64,000 nt of DNA from Selaginella moellendorffii (GCF_000143415.4 NW_003314414.1:91626-155625), one strand, 5' to 3'; counted from the stretch's first letter, positions 13,401-27,542 are shown. Made by a program: numbers and translations. Notes: generated from the letters alone by a model not told the origin.

Positions 13401-15470
13401 GCAAAGTGCAACCTACCACCAAGCATAACGCTACGAAAGAAAGGCACAAGAGTCACCTTTCTAGAAAAGTGCAATGGCCACTTTTCTACACTAACTCCAG
13501 ACTCTATCCAACTCAATTGCCTTAGCCCCAAAAGTTAGCATCCCTTTTGGGCTGCATCATACAAACTACCTACTAAGGTCTAAGCTAACCAAAGTCAACT
13601 CCAACCCCTTCACTAGTTTATATTGGCTTACGAAAATGGAATGGTTTTCGGACAAAGTGATCAGCAGATCAGCCATTGGAAAAGCCTAAGAAAATTTGCG
13701 GAAAATCTTTCCATTCTAAAGAAAAAATGACTCTCAGTCTAGGAATACAAACTTCCAAGACTCAACCAACTTCCTCCTACTAACAACTTCACATAGGTTC
13801 ACCTCAACACAAATTCTCATGACCCATAGTATGCTTAAGCCTCGAACATCTTTTTGCCCATATTTCCGACATCCAACTCCGACATCCGCAGAATGCAAAA
13901 TGAACATCTAAAGCTTGATCACGAAGACCACATCTTCGAATATTCACATTGCACTAACACTTTTCTTCAATCACCTTCAAGATCCAATGTGAAGCCAAAA
14001 CATTAACAAGAAAAATGACATGGAAAATCAAGCTCTAAGAAAAATTCCTCATCACTCGAAATAACAATGCCACTTCCACTAACACAAGTGCTAGCGATGT
14101 CAATGCCTCAACTACACACTTTCTCCATCCAACAATCTACTCCAAGTGTTAACGGATCAACCAACAAGCCATAGCAAATGAATACTACAACCTTTTTCCA
14201 ACACCTCAATGGGCAAACTCAAGGAACTAAGGAACCAACTTAAGCTTAGCATAATGGACCACTATCAAGAATCTAGTCAAAGCTACTACAATGCTACTAC
14301 GTGCAAGTAAACTAGCTTCACCATCAACCACTTTGGGGTTAATCATCGTTTAACCAAGCAACTTCATAAACACATTGCTTATTATCACATGGATATGATA
14401 TGGAAATCACAATGACTTGATCATCAATTGAGAAACACCATGAGCAATGTCTATGTCATTACTTCAAAGGTTTATGTGAGTATCAAGTGCAAACTCGATT
14501 CGACAAAATGCAACATAAATGCCATACTCCACCGATAGAGATTTACAACACTCAGCACCACTAACTTTTGTTCACAACATGGACAAACTCATGCCACTCG
14601 CTATCCGATCAAACTCAAAACTAAACCAAACACCAAGCTACTCAAGGAGCAATAGCTAGGTTCCCCGGAAAAGAATTGAGCATTGTAACCCAAGTCTTCC
14701 AATAATGAGCCTAGACACAATGGTTTAGCGTTTCACTGCTATCCATTCCATAACTCAGCACTTGTAAGACCATCATAATCATCATGCATCAAGATAGGGA
14801 TTCTTGATTGCATAATGTGAATACGAGCAATGAGTCACACCTCATTGCAAATCATCTTTCCAAGAAGAGAAGATGATTTACGTGTTTGATCCTTCGTCCC
14901 CGACGACTCTCTTTTCGGTCTCATCTTTGACTACACTTCAAGCTTGCATTCGCACTACCTTCAGTCCAATCCAAGAAAAGTTTATGAGAGAGCATGACAA
15001 TGATTACTTGAACCAATAGACTAATCCCTACAATCTTGATTGATCCATCTGTAATCATGCCTAGGAAGGATCCACTAGTGCCGTGCTAAACAGCTACGGA
15101 CCAGCCTATTTGCCACTCATAGCAAACTCAGGGAAGGTTTGCTTTTACCCACGGTACATGGAACAACTTATGGAACCATCGATAGGCTAACATTAATTCT
15201 GCCAACTCAAAATGTAACCTCAAGTTGCTAATGCGCCTCACTCACGAGCCCAAGCTCAAACTCGTGCTAACGGATCATCTCAAATCCATCCTATGAGCCC
15301 AAGAGCAAGCTCACATTGTTAGGTACAAAAGGTAACCAAAACCATACCCAAGGAACAAATGTGAACCCTTTGCAACAAATGTGTACCCACTCGGATCATC
15401 GTTTTCATCTCTGCGTATGCAATGAGACTAGTTGCCCAATCTCATTGTATAGTACTCGCTGAGACTCATC

Positions 15471-15481
15471 CTCTGATACCA
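15471..15481 (-). promoter_or_regulatory. Primer-binding site, tRNA-iMet type (TGGTATCAGAG)
   Basis: Lies 2 nt from the LTR end on the minus strand. Confidence 0.85.
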
Positions 15482-15483
15482 AA

Positions 15484-16594
15484 TGTAGCGCACGTGGTTT
15501 TGACCCTTTATCCTATGGTGATTTACCATAGGATAACACCACGAAGCGGAACCTAAACCCTCTTTGTGCCACGTGACAGATGCCACGTGTCACATGCCAT
15601 GTGTCCATGCCACGTGTCCATAGGAACCTGAAGTTTAGGGCCTTGGGCCACTGAACGAAGGAACGGTGCCAAACTCCCAAGCATGGAGCCAAGGAGTGAC
15701 GGAACCGAACCACGGAGCAACTCTCGAGCATAAAGCCCAAGGAGCGAAGGGACAGGAGCCCGGAGCAACTTGGAACAGTCCTAGAGCAACCAGCATCCCA
15801 ATGCCAGGACCAGCACGTAAAACGGAGCCAAACGGAGTCTGGCGCTATTTCGGCATACCGGTGGCCTAACGTGAGGATATGGGTACTCCACCAACTAGCA
15901 TGGAATGGAACTTGGGCTTAGACCCAAGTTGGACGCAGAACAAGGACAGGCACGCAAGCGGGAGCTAGACTATGCCTCAGGTTGGTCGGCCATGCCCGAC
16001 CTACCCACTATCCCTACTATACATTTGGAACCCCCCACAGCCCCCCCCCCTTGAGGAACACACGCTTTGGGCTTTCACCCTAAGCCTCCCTTAGTATCAG
16101 GAGTTAGTCTCTGGGACAAGCTCAAAACTTACTAAATATAGAATGTCCCTAGATTGCGAATTTGGACACGGGACGAACACCGTTGTGTTCAGGACAATCT
16201 CTACATTCCGTAGATATGCCAAATGAGCAAATCTAGACACTTTCCATAAATAGCATTTGGGACTGAAATGAGACTAACACAAAGGGTATGATAGCGAGGG
16301 TGTTCGGCAGACACGGTAAGCTATCATCTAGCGATATTGAGGGACCAATCTCAATATCACGGGGGTTCTTGATACTAGCAAGTGCAAGCCAATGACTCAA
16401 GTTTCTCAAACCAGGCCAAGTATGCTCAGCAAGAAACACATAGGGTTCCTACCTTATGTTTATCCAATCTAAGTTCATGGTCATTGACCAGTTTCTCAAC
16501 TAGCTCAAGTGGGAAACTGATAACGGGTCCAGCAATACCGACCTCCTACCATCGTGGCAGTAAGGTAAGAGTGTCCGTAAGGACTAGCCGACAG
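15484..16594 (-). repeat. 5' LTR of LTR element copy 1 (truncated)
   Basis: Matches 9346-10464, then switches abruptly to the transposon TIR at 16595. Confidence 0.9.
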
Positions 16595-17025
16595 AAGCTC
16601 TATTTCGTTAAAGTGGGAATTGTCATTATCCCACTTGTAAAATAAGGTTTCCAAACCTTTATATAGTATATAAATATAACAAAATTCAACTGCATTGAGG
16701 CACATGCCATTTTATTTTAAACAAGGAAATGTCTACTCAATCACTTCTCACTGCTTCACCTCTCTCTTCTCCTTGTCATCGTCGTCCAATTTCTTTCCAT
16801 CCTTTTAATATTGGCTCAGTTGCTCCGAGTCTAGGTGGAGCCCAAGTCCCCATTCAATCTTTACTTTCCCCTTATTAATAAAACAACTTCGTAGACTTCC
16901 AATAACATGCTGTAACACTTCTAGTATAATGCAAATCCTCTCAAAGAATTGTCTTTTAATATTAATACAATGGCATGGAACCCCATGCCATAATAAGTTA
17001 CATTTTTAAATAAATACATGCCATC

Positions 17026-20000
17026 TCAGACTGTTATTTTTTGCCTCCAACGCCTATACAATAATCTTGGAATTTCATCACTCTCCACACTATCAGGATT
17101 TAAACCCAATAGTAATGCCATCTCTTCTCTAATACGTCCACGCTCATGTTCAGTGGTCGAAGAACCCATCCGGTTGAGCAGATTATGGAGATGCAGATAG
17201 TGCTTGGCTAGACAATATACATGCCATAAATGATGACTGGTGTCTGTCCGATCAAATGGCTTCTGATATACCGTTCCATCTGCCATTTGGTTGATTTCTG
17301 CAGCCACCTCCTGGACTGGCCGGTTCTCTATCACCATCGCTTCAAGCCGTTTTGCAAGGTCCCCCAGAACATACGGTTTCTTCTCCCTAGTTTCCATACT
17401 GCAAGAGATGGGGTGCACTGCATATGTGTGCGTGTTCGCTGCAGTTTTAATCGGCGAGTCATCGATGATGAGGATTTCACTTGACCTAGCAGTCCGGTTC
17501 ATCACTACAGCCTCTGCCTTGACGAAGATGGGCTTGCTACCCCTCACATGGACCATAGTCAAGCAATCCTCCTGCGTTAGGAGAAAGTCAAATGGTAATA
17601 TTACTCGCGTCTGATCGTGCATCATCTGTAGCAACGTTAATGCATTGTGGCGCATCATGGATGTCCAAACTCCCAATTGCAAATTGAACCCGGCCCTCTG
17701 TTTTAAGTGTCGCATGGTCATTATTAGATCCCGCAGTTTCTCCCGTGTGATTAATGTGAATCTGTCTCTTTTGACCAACTTGCGACCGCAGGCTTTGGAG
17801 GGTGCAGTGACATTCGAGGACGAGCCACGCTCATGGGAGAAAAGGACACCGTTCAGATCAAAAACGATACAGTACTTTCGCCGTGACTCTGAAATGAAAT
17901 GCGTTAGCATAAAAAATGGTACAAGTCAATTTTACCATCTACAATATTAGCGAATGGTGCTCCCGATGGTCGTTCAGAGGGTTTTGGTCGAGGAAACGTG
18001 AAGGGCGGAAATACTCTCCTCTGCAATGTGGGGTCAATCGCATCCGATGGCGTGTGGGCACATGCCATTTCAGCTGTAGACTCTGGTACAACTGGCTCAA
18101 CAGTGGCATGGGGTGGTTCCGATAGCGTGTGATCACACGCCATTTCAGCTGGTGCCTCCGTTGGCAAAGTGGACATGACCGAACAGGCAGCAGGGGCGGT
18201 GTAGGGAGGTTCCAACGGCGCGTAGTCAGACGATTGGGCACACGTTGGAAATGAGGATATGACCGGCTCGGCGGCTGGGGCGGCCTCATGCGGGTCCAAT
18301 GGCGCCTGGTCACCGTCAGTTGGATACGTGGACAAGATTGACTCAGTGGTATGGGCAGCATCAAGTGGAGCGTGGTCAGCTTGCTTGGCGTTGATATGGA
18401 TAGTAGCCTCCACCAGCTCTGATGACTCTTGCAGGCAAGTAGAGTCCACTGGCGGATCCATATGCATGTCCAAATATCTCCCTTCGATTGAGATGGTATC
18501 CTCCCGTGCTACTAAAAACAAACTCATTAGCACATTGAATCGACTATACTGTATTTACCATCAACTGCTATTGAGGAACTAGGACCAATATCACTTGGGC
18601 GCACTGCTGATTCTGAAGGATTGGACATACGTTTCGACCCTTGCTTGGCACTATCCTTCCTCGACACTAAAGGCTAGAGTTTGTATCTTAATTCAACTGA
18701 ATAATCTCTACTTACCATTTCTTCTGCGACCTACATGGACAATGTTAGAAATGGTAAAAGGTTAGGAATGGATGTACTATTATTTACCTGATGGTTTGTC
18801 TTGTATGACCTTCCTCTGCTGCTCTTTGGCCACCTCAGGCTGGCCATCATCGTCATCATTGTCATCGTCGTTATTGTGATCGTCACCATTGTGAGGACCA
18901 TCCAAGTCCTCTTCGTCCTCCTCTTCTTCGTCCTCCTCTTCTTCGTCCTCCTCTTCGTCCTTCTGCTCTTCCTGCTCATTATCTTTCTCTGGCTCCTCAT
19001 CCCCCTCTTGCATTTCTTCCATAGGCTGCTCAGGCTGGATTGCTTGTTTTTCCAGGACCATCTTGGAAAAATCATCTGGCCGAGTCTCCATCTCAAAATA
19101 CAAGACATCCATAGCCTGTTTTAGTGCGTGACCTAGGACCGTATCCTCACCCGACTGTCTTAACATGGTTTCTGCACGTTCTTGCACCCTTCGAAGACGA
19201 CGAGATGAGAAAAACGTGGCCTTGACTTGAAAAGCATCCCTCATCCATTGTACCTCTCCATTGAGATTGGGGAAGGGGAGTCCGCCATAGGAATCTGAGT
19301 CAGAAGGTGGTGACTGGCTCCTTTCACTCAGCCCTTGATCTGCAATGAATGGCATGAGCACACACGCCATAACCGCGAGGCATTACCTATCATCTTTTCG
19401 TTGCCCTTCTTCCTTTTCGAATCAAACGCCTCTGATCCCGACGACTGTCCAACGTGCTTTCGCTTTTTATGACCACTGTCAGTTTGAGCTTGGCTGGTGC
19501 TTGCCTGTTTTGCCTTTGAAGAAGTGTCTCCTGCAAGGAATGGCATGAGACCACACGCCATTGCAAATATAATTTGTACCTCCTTTTTTCCTATTGCTTG
19601 TCTGTTTGTCCTTCTTCGACGCGCCACCAGTGCGCTTTTCAGTCCTCGTGTCTGAATATTCACAACGATCTATAATCAAAATGGCGTGAGGCCTCACGTG
19701 ACCTTACCTTGTGCAGGTTGTGACCTCGGCCTAACATCAGTAGCTGTTAACGCCGTTTCAGCATCTGGGGGTGGCCACGCTCCTGCATACAGAGCTTGTG
19801 AGATAACATTTAAACTTAAAGTGCGTACTCACCAGGTTCGTAGAGAAGATACTGTTTTTCTTTGGCAACTGTAATTATATGCTCCATTGAAGTCACCTCT
19901 TCAATGGAGTTTGTCACCGCAACACACGGGACACCCTTGAGTAGTGCGGCTCAAAAGAATAGTCCGCCGCAGTTGTACTCGACAACGCATTTGCCCTTGG

Positions 20001-22615
20001 AGTCACCCGCTATTGCGTTGAAGACCCAGCTGAGCATTTCCCATGCTGCACCTGGAGCTTTCTTTGGATTCGAAAGCTCCATAGCCGTCTTCAGTTCCTC
20101 AGGCACGGGTAAATTGACCTCCCTCAGATCAATTCGATCGGCTTTGTTGAACGAAGCTGGGAAGTCACTCCAGTCCCACTCTGCTGCAGGACCAATAACA
20201 AGGGTGACTGTGAAGATGCGGACATTCGTCGGTATCTTCTTCTTAGCCATTATCCCATGGATCTCCCGCATCTCCTTGCCTTTCAACCGAGCCTTCACCT
20301 CGTTCAAGGCCTTCCAGAACTTGTGATAGGATTCGGAGTCGTAGATCATATAGTGGACTGAAGATTCCACCTCCGCAAGTCCCACCATTAAGTCAATGAT
20401 GGAGCTGACTTCGTCTGCATGAGTGATCTCCTCGTTTGTGAAGTCCATCACACAAAAGATGTTCTTGACCTGCTCATCTCCGCGGGAAATGATGCTCCTC
20501 CACCTTTGATCCTCATCCGAATTCACGTATACCCGGTAAGGTTCTCGATAGGCCTCTGCTGCGGGGTCGAGCTGTTTCTGAAGCCGGCGGTCGACATCCC
20601 TCTTAATGAAATTTGGATACTGATCCAACTTCTCAGCTTTACTTTTCGTGGCATCCCGCAGCAGATCGATGAACTTGGGGGCCCCCTTCACGTACTCGTC
20701 GATGTCTTCATTTGACAAGTCCAGCTCTTCCATCATCTCTTGCGTGGTGTCGATGCTCACCCTCGCCACGGCCACTTGCTCGAAGATCCAATCCTTCAAT
20801 AGCGCACGAGCTCTCAGAGTCGTGCACAAGTCCTCGTATGTCACAATATGGCCGGGAGTCATTTTGGTCTTGTTGAAGACTACCTCACCACGTAGAAGAG
20901 CATTAGCCACTGTCAAAAGGTCGTCGTCGTCTAGAGACCGCGAGAAACGCAAGGCGTTGAGCTTCAAATCATTGGGCTTCCGGCCGTCCTCCACACCCAT
21001 TGAGTTTAGCAACTCCCCGTCATGGTACCTCCTTAGCACATCTACCCATTTGTCAAAAACAACTTTTGTCGCGAGTAGAATGTTATGGATGCTGAGTGTG
21101 TCATTGACCCCCAGTGTTTTCGAGAGAAGACTCGAGAATTCCTGCAATGGAAATGGCGTGAGGCCACATGCTATGCCACATGCAACGAGGCTTACCTGCC
21201 AGGCGCTAGTTGCTAGTGCACGTCCTTGTCCTGGTTTTTGTGGCTTCTTCAGTTGAACCCAGAGCTTCCGTGTTCGTGCCAATGTCTCGTGCAGACCCGA
21301 TTTGTAGCACGTTTCTTGCTTGACATTCTGCGTGTGGGAGATGTATATGATAGATCGGAGGGGCGAGTTGCCTTTTATCAGGCGGACAACTCTTGTCTTG
21401 AAGACTTTCTTCACCTCCTCGCCCACCATAATATCCACAACTATCTGTTGCATCGCCAAGCTAGAATGCTGCCCGGAGACGGCATAGAACCGGATGTTCT
21501 GATCGTCCAACACCTTCCTATTGATCAAGTCTGGAAACCTCGTCTCGCCCTTCATTGTTCGGTAGTAGGGGATCACGTCTGCGATGTCGGGTGTTACTGG
21601 ACTTGCCAGCATCTTCTGCTTCAGTTTCTCCACCCACTCATCAGATACTAGCCTGTGGTTGTATTTGCTTTGGATCTCGATACGGCTCACGTCGATTGTA
21701 ATACTTTGTTGGAATAGTAACAAGTACTATTATCTGCGACGATTTTTGCTGCCTCTTCTTGCTCTTTCTGCTCTTTGCGGCTCTTCTTTTTGGTGGGTGT
21801 AGTGTTCGAACCCGAGGCAATGGCATCACCGAGTAGCTTCTTTTTTGGAGCAGCAGAGTCGGACGTCGGCTTGAGCTTGACCACCCTTTTCTGCTTCGGG
21901 GTAGTTTCCAGATCGACCCCCTTCCCCTTCGCTTCGCAAACTGGAGGCACTCTCAACGGCTCAATGTTGGAATATAGTTTTTGAACATCGCCGTAGGTGA
22001 GGTCCGTGGATTCCATGTGATCTTCATAGACCCGCAGCGTCTTTGAAATTGTGGGCCTCCTGGACAACCTCTCCCTAGCTCCCTCTAGGAATTCCTCATA
22101 GCCGCTGCCCCCCTCCGGGAAGCCGCTAGGATGTGCAAGGTGGATCTTGAAGGCGGACGCTGTCTCTACCACAAGTGCCAGTCCATATTCTTGCATGGAA
22201 CTGCATGGAGTGTCTGTCACTTGGATGAGGATCCCCATGCATTCTTTTCTCCCACCATCTGTGTTGTACAGCATCAGATCCTCGCCTTCCATCCCGAAAG
22301 TCCAACTGGTGAGCTCCTCCCCCTTCTCTACATCCACATTGACAGTGGCTGGAAGAAGAACGCAATTCCTCGCCTGTTCAAAAATGCACAACAATTAGAG
22401 CTGACAGATGAAAAGCTAGCAGCTGGAAATAACGTGAGGCCACACGCCATTCACCACTGCATCAGATGTCTTGAGGCTGCATCCTAAGATGGCGTGAGGC
22501 TACACGCCATCTGTAACCGGACTGCACTCGAGAGCCCAATCGGTGCATGCCAATGTTGCTACTGAATGGCATGTGGCCTCATGCCATTTTCTACTTCGTC
22601 TAAAAGACTTACCAT
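17026..22615 (-). pseudogene. Accessory gene of transposon copy A (ParB-like ... FCP1/NIF-like HAD); 1-bp frameshift near 21700
   Basis: Same exons as 34171-39775. ORFs 21687-22394 and 19951-21723 are out of frame here, whereas they are continuous in copy B. Confidence 0.78.
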
Positions 22616-24211
22616 TTGAAGCCGAATGGAGGCCGTGACAATCGAGGCTGGACTCGCTGGCGAATGTGCACTGTGTGTGCAGCGGATCGTAGCAGCAAGG
22701 CTACTCTGCCACTTACAGTTGGAGAGTGGTGCTGAAATCTCCCGGGACGCCAAGTGGGCTGCGTGTGGGTGGTGGAGTGGGCGGCGGAGTTGGCGGCGAA
22801 GTTACAAACTGGGTGTGTCTTGAAGTGGACGCCGATGCACACGAGTGCGATGCGAGCGCGAGTGTGATGCAAGCGCGAGTGGACGCCGATGCACACGAGA
22901 AACCTGTAGAGAAGTGAGCGTGATCGCGAGTGGGAGCGCGATGCGAGCGGGAGCGCGAGTGTGATGCGAGCGCGAGCGCGAGTGTGCGAGCGCGAGTACA
23001 AAGCAAAATGCAAAACCTAACCTCACACGCGCGAAATGTCACAACGGTTGGTAATCCCGCCACGTCATCATTCCTCGGACTTGGGCGCCACCATTAATTT
23101 CTGGATTGCCGCGCGCATGCAAGCACGCAAAATCCAAAAGAAATCCGCAACGTCATCATTCCTCGGACTGCATGCACGCGAAATCCAAAAGAAAGATCAT
23201 GATTGGGATATCATTTAATACCCTCGCTATATTTATACCATGCATGATTGGATATTCCAAAGCATCTTGTATTTCCAAAAATGGCAGATGTTCAGCTAAA
23301 TAAAGAAATTCTATCTGTTTCTATTTTTCTCTCAAATCAATATTATAGCGTGTGGGCTCATGCAATTTTGAACCAAAGAAACCCAAAAAACGTTGGACCC
23401 AAAATATTTTGAAAAAACCCAAAAAACCCTAAACATTTTAAACCCAAAAATCCAGGCGTCCTGTGGCGTTATTCCTTGAATGGCGTGTGGGCGCATGCCA
23501 TTTTCAGGGCCAAATGCTGAATGGAGAAAAATTCCCTTTCAGTGCAAATGCTGCAAGAGGCAGATGCCGAGCACAAAGGACTGTAACTACCTCACATGAC
23601 ACAGATAAACTTTTCTCTATTTGGCAAAGATAAACTTTATAGCGTGTGGGCTCATGCAATTTTGAACCCAAAAAATGCACCAAAAAATTCTCGGCGTCAT
23701 CTGGCATTATCTCTTGAATGGCGTGGGGCCGCATGCCATTTTCAGGGGCACATAGGAGTATATTCCTAGGATATTATGACACGCACGAAATTTTTTTGAG
23801 TTTTCTAGAGATCCAACCGTTAGATCGCAACTAGATTTTACAGAATGGTATACAATGTCTTTCTTGATGACCCTGCAAAGAAGCATCTCAATCGGACACC
23901 ACATGAGACCACACGAGCCTTACAATGTTTCAGGGGCATTTGCCATAGAGCCGACCGTTATTTTGCTCCAAGATTTCACAGTTTGGTGTGCATTGACCTT
24001 TCCATCGAAACTGCAAAGGGACATCACAATCAGATGCGGGATCACAAGAAACTAACTTCACTAACTCTGGTTTCACCAAGATCTACGTAAGGAGTTATGA
24101 AATGAAAGGACCCTCTCTATTGAAATGTGTTTATGGTCCTAGGGGCATTGTGACATATCAAAGGATTTTGCATCAAGTTCTGTATTTGCATGTTTATCAA
24201 GCTACTGAATT

Positions 24212-24246
24212 GCTAAACCCTAAACCCTAAACCCTAAACCCTAAAC
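24212..24246 (+). repeat. Interstitial plant telomeric repeat (CCCTAAA)4+ in copy A
   Basis: ctaaaccctaaaccctaaaccctaaaccctaaac read directly. Confidence 0.9.
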
Positions 24247-25551
24247 ATGTGGCAAATGCTGCGTGAAGAAAGATGCCATTTCTGGGCAAATGCTGTAAGA
24301 GGCAGATGCCGAGCAGATGTATCTCAGGCTAGCGAAGGGGACGAACGAAAGCTAGCTATAAACATGACGGGATGCAAATAGATTACTAGGCTGGTCCTGC
24401 GAAAATCAAAAACCATAATTGAAAACATTGAAAATGCAAAAAGAAAGGTTTATAATATTTTTGAATTTTAGGCAACCAAAGGAATGTAAGTAGGGCATGT
24501 GTTTGTAAGTTTAAAAATGCCTCAACCACTTAAATTCCCAAGTAAATAAAGCTGTTTCTATTTTTGGTACAGGTAAACTTTATAGCGTGTGGGCTCATGC
24601 AATTTTGAACCCAAAAATGCACCAAAAAATGCTCGACTAGCATTATTCTTTGAATGGCTTGTGGCCTTATGTCGAGCATTATTCTTTGAATGGCGTGTGG
24701 CCTTATATTGCCATAAATGGACGTACACACACAGCGTAATTATTCCTTTACACGGCGAATAATCTTGGCGCGGATCGCTGACATGGCATGGCAAAGTTCG
24801 AATCACTGACATGGCACAGCTGGATCGAGGCAAGGACATGATGTGACAAAGTTCAACCTACGACAGCAAAGTCTAGAAGCTACTCAGTTTGAAATTTGTC
24901 AGAGGAATCATAAGATCTGGTTTGTCAGAGGATTTGATGTGACGTTCAAGCGTGTGTTATTTTTGAATTCTCGAACTCATTCCTAGGTCTATCATTTTTG
25001 TGCGCCGTGTTCTTGGTTCCGCTGAGCGCAGTGAACGCTGCTTGTGTAAGCGGCGTTGTGGGCTGTGGTTTATGCGTCTACGAGCGGTTGCGGCATTGCG
25101 AGCGCCATTGCGAGCGGCAGTTTATGCGAGTGGCAGTTTGTGCGAGCGGCGCTACGAGCAGTTGCGGTGTTGCGAGCGGCGCTACGAGTAGTTGCGGTGT
25201 TGCGAGCGGCACTGTCTTTGGTGTGGCTACCGCTTCCTCTTGATATTCGGCACTTGTGCTTCCTGGTATGTTCACCATGGAATGGCTTAGAACCACATTT
25301 AGAAATGGCATGAGGCCACATGCCATCTTGGGCCCTTGCAATTTCATGGCTAGCGTATTGTCATGTATGTTTTTACTTGCCTGCAGCTGTGTGTATATCA
25401 AGATGGCATGAGGCCTCATGCCAATTTTGTGAATGCAAATGTTCACGTGGGTGTCAATAGCATGTTTGAATAATGGCATGTGGCCTCATGCTATTGAGGT
25501 TGTTTGGTATGTTATGATTTAGGCCATTCTCCAATCATTTTTTGTATGGTG

Positions 25552-25728
25552 NNNNNNNNNNNNNNNNNNNNNNNNNNNNNNNNNNNNNNNNNNNNNNNNN
25601 NNNNNNNNNNNNNNNNNNNNNNNNNNNNNNNNNNNNNNNNNNNNNNNNNNNNNNNNNNNNNNNNNNNNNNNNNNNNNNNNNNNNNNNNNNNNNNNNNNNN
25701 NNNNNNNNNNNNNNNNNNNNNNNNNNNN
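25552..25728. other. Assembly gap (N run)
   Basis: Ns; the flanks correspond to ~31349 and ~29692 of copy B, so ~1.65 kb is probably unresolved. Confidence 0.95.
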
Positions 25729-26374
25729 TAAGGTCTCTGCAAAGTGCGCAGACTGAGCTGAACGGCCAACCCTTGCATAAGGCCCTTGTCGATCGAACCC
25801 CATACAGGGTTCAGCTGGAGGAGGAGCAAAGGCTTGCAGTATCGCGTGGGGCCCCATGCCATCCCAGTGAATATGTTGGCCGTCAGATTGTAGGGTTATC
25901 ACGTGAGGCCTCATGCCATTCCGACGAGGCTGGTCGCCCGGTGAATGCACAGCCTCATCCAAACGAAGCAGAATCTCAAGGAAGTTCTTGCGGCCGATGT
26001 GGCCTTCCACCCCATCTTCTGCTCCAAACAGACAATGCTGGCAGTGAGAACAAAAACATGTACGTCTTCGCGTACTTGGCGATGCTTGTTGCCAAAGGCA
26101 TATTTGAAACGGTTACACTTGGCTTTCTCATGGTTGGGCACACTCATGAAGACGTCGATGCCATGTTCAGTCACCTGGCAGAGTCCCTCCGGCGATCCAA
26201 TGTCCTCACCCTCCCACAACTCTACGATGAATTCCAAAATTGCATCAAAGGCACTGTTGAAGCTGCACTTCTGACAGAGGTTCCAGACTTTAAGGGGTTT
26301 GTAAGAGGCTACATCAGGGACGGATCCGAAACGCTGATTGGCCACTCCAAGCCTCTTCAGTTTCATTTCAGCAT
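25729..26374 (+). pseudogene. Transposase fragment of copy A
   Basis: LLLQTDNAGSENKNMYVFAYLAMLVAKGIFETVTLGFLMVGHTHEDVDAMFS; truncated at 26374. Confidence 0.85.
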
Positions 26375-26624
26375 CCACCACTGCCGATATTCTCGCTTGT
26401 TGCCCATCAAAGCGACAGTGGTTCCGTGCCTCCCAAAGTGCCTGCAGTCCTGTTGCCCTCCAAATGGACCAGCGCTCTTGGCCCAACGCCTCCCAGATGG
26501 ACATCCCAACTTCAGCCCCTGTCACGTCCCACCGGACTCGCATGTTCCATCGGTGCCGTCCGTAGCAGCGAATACGCCTCCAAGCTGGACCAATGGCTGG
26601 GCCTCTAGCTCCCTCAAACCAGTG
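26375..26624 (-). pseudogene. Displaced 3' piece of LINE-2 ORF2
   Basis: Reads HWFEGARGP...LQALWEARNHCRF and continues ...GDILH at 61595 in frame. Shares the 4-bp CACT junction. Confidence 0.85.
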
Positions 26625-26648
26625 ATGCTCTATTTCGTTAAAGTGGGA
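26625..26648 (+). repeat. Left TIR
   Basis: ATGCTCTATTTCGTTAAAGTGGGA. Confidence 0.9.
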
Positions 26649-27284
26649 TTTATTTAGTAAAATGGGACTAGGTACAAATTTTCAAGTATTTGAAAATGAC
26701 GTGAAATTATATGTTTTTTGTCCAGGGGCTAGACATATCTGGGGCATGGTGACTAGCGCGGTGACCTTATGTCCAGACTGAGTCCATCTAGTTGTATAAT
26801 AAATCTCATTGTCAAGGTGAACAAGCCGAATCTGAAGCTAAAGAAGAGCGATGGCATGCGCGCACACACTATTTGTTTGTTCATTGAGCGTGTGGTGAGC
26901 TTTCCAAGATGAACATCATTCCTATTAGCCAGACATATAACTTAATGGTGAGAACATTTAGATATTATTCAATGTTATCTTTTTCTAACGAATCTAATTG
27001 TGAAGGTGTAGCAAGAGGCATTGCTAGTCTGGAGAAGTCATTTAACTCATTTGACCCTTAGTGTATTTTCATGAAACTAAATAACATTCATATTATTAAG
27101 GAATTTCTCTAGTACCTTTTTTTTACGACATAGAGGCTTGCATTTCTTTCAAAGGTGATTTAGTAAAAGGCCTGAGGGCACATGCCATTCTATTTCTTAG
27201 ACCGGTATTAAGATATACTAGTGCAAAGGGAAAAAGGTATTTGGTGATCAAGTAAATGGCATGAGGGCACACGCCATTATAAGC

Positions 27285-27542
27285 CTAAGCGCTAGTGGAC
27301 ACCTCCTTTTTGGTACTCTCAGCGGTACTATCATCCTTCTCCGGGTCAGTTGTTTTGCTTTGGATTGTTGTCTCTGACGTTACTGGGGCGTTCTCGATAG
27401 TTGTTAATGTTGCCGTTTGTTCAGAAAAATGATCACCTGGAGTATAGTACGGGGAGTTTGGAAGACTTATATATTCTACATCTTCACCTATCTCCTTCTC
27501 CATCTCCTTTTCTGCCTCACTTACAGATTTTGTGCTTGCCAT
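27285..27542 (-). CDS. Possible small acidic ORF or exon within the transposon left arm
   Basis: MASTKSVSEAEKEMEKEIGEDVEY...; low complexity, no recognisable domain. Confidence 0.3.
   Translation of the reverse strand: MASTKSVSEAEKEMEKEIGEDVEYISLPNSPYYTPGDHFSEQTATLTTIENAPVTSETTIQSKTTDPEKDDSTAESTKKEVSTSA

Larger units (their letters stand above)
9346..16594 (-). mobile_element. Non-autonomous LTR retrotransposon (Copia-derived, LARD-like), copy 1; 5' LTR cut by the DNA transposon
   Basis: Direct repeats 9346-10498 and 15484-16594 (last 34 bp missing). PBS complement ctctgatacca at 15471-15481; PPT complement ctctccccccctt from 10499. No long ORF inside. Confidence 0.88.
16595..26374 (-). mobile_element. 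TIR DNA transposon copy A (inverted relative to copy B; left end deleted; contains an N gap)
   Basis: Starts with TIR AAGCTCTATTTCGTTAAAGTGGGA. Reverse complement of 29047-40217. Ends inside the transposase. Confidence 0.92.

Noticed and set aside
25542-26657. 371-aa ORF spanning the gap
   Set aside because: Artificial fusion of Ns, a transposase fragment, antisense LINE sequence and the TIR.
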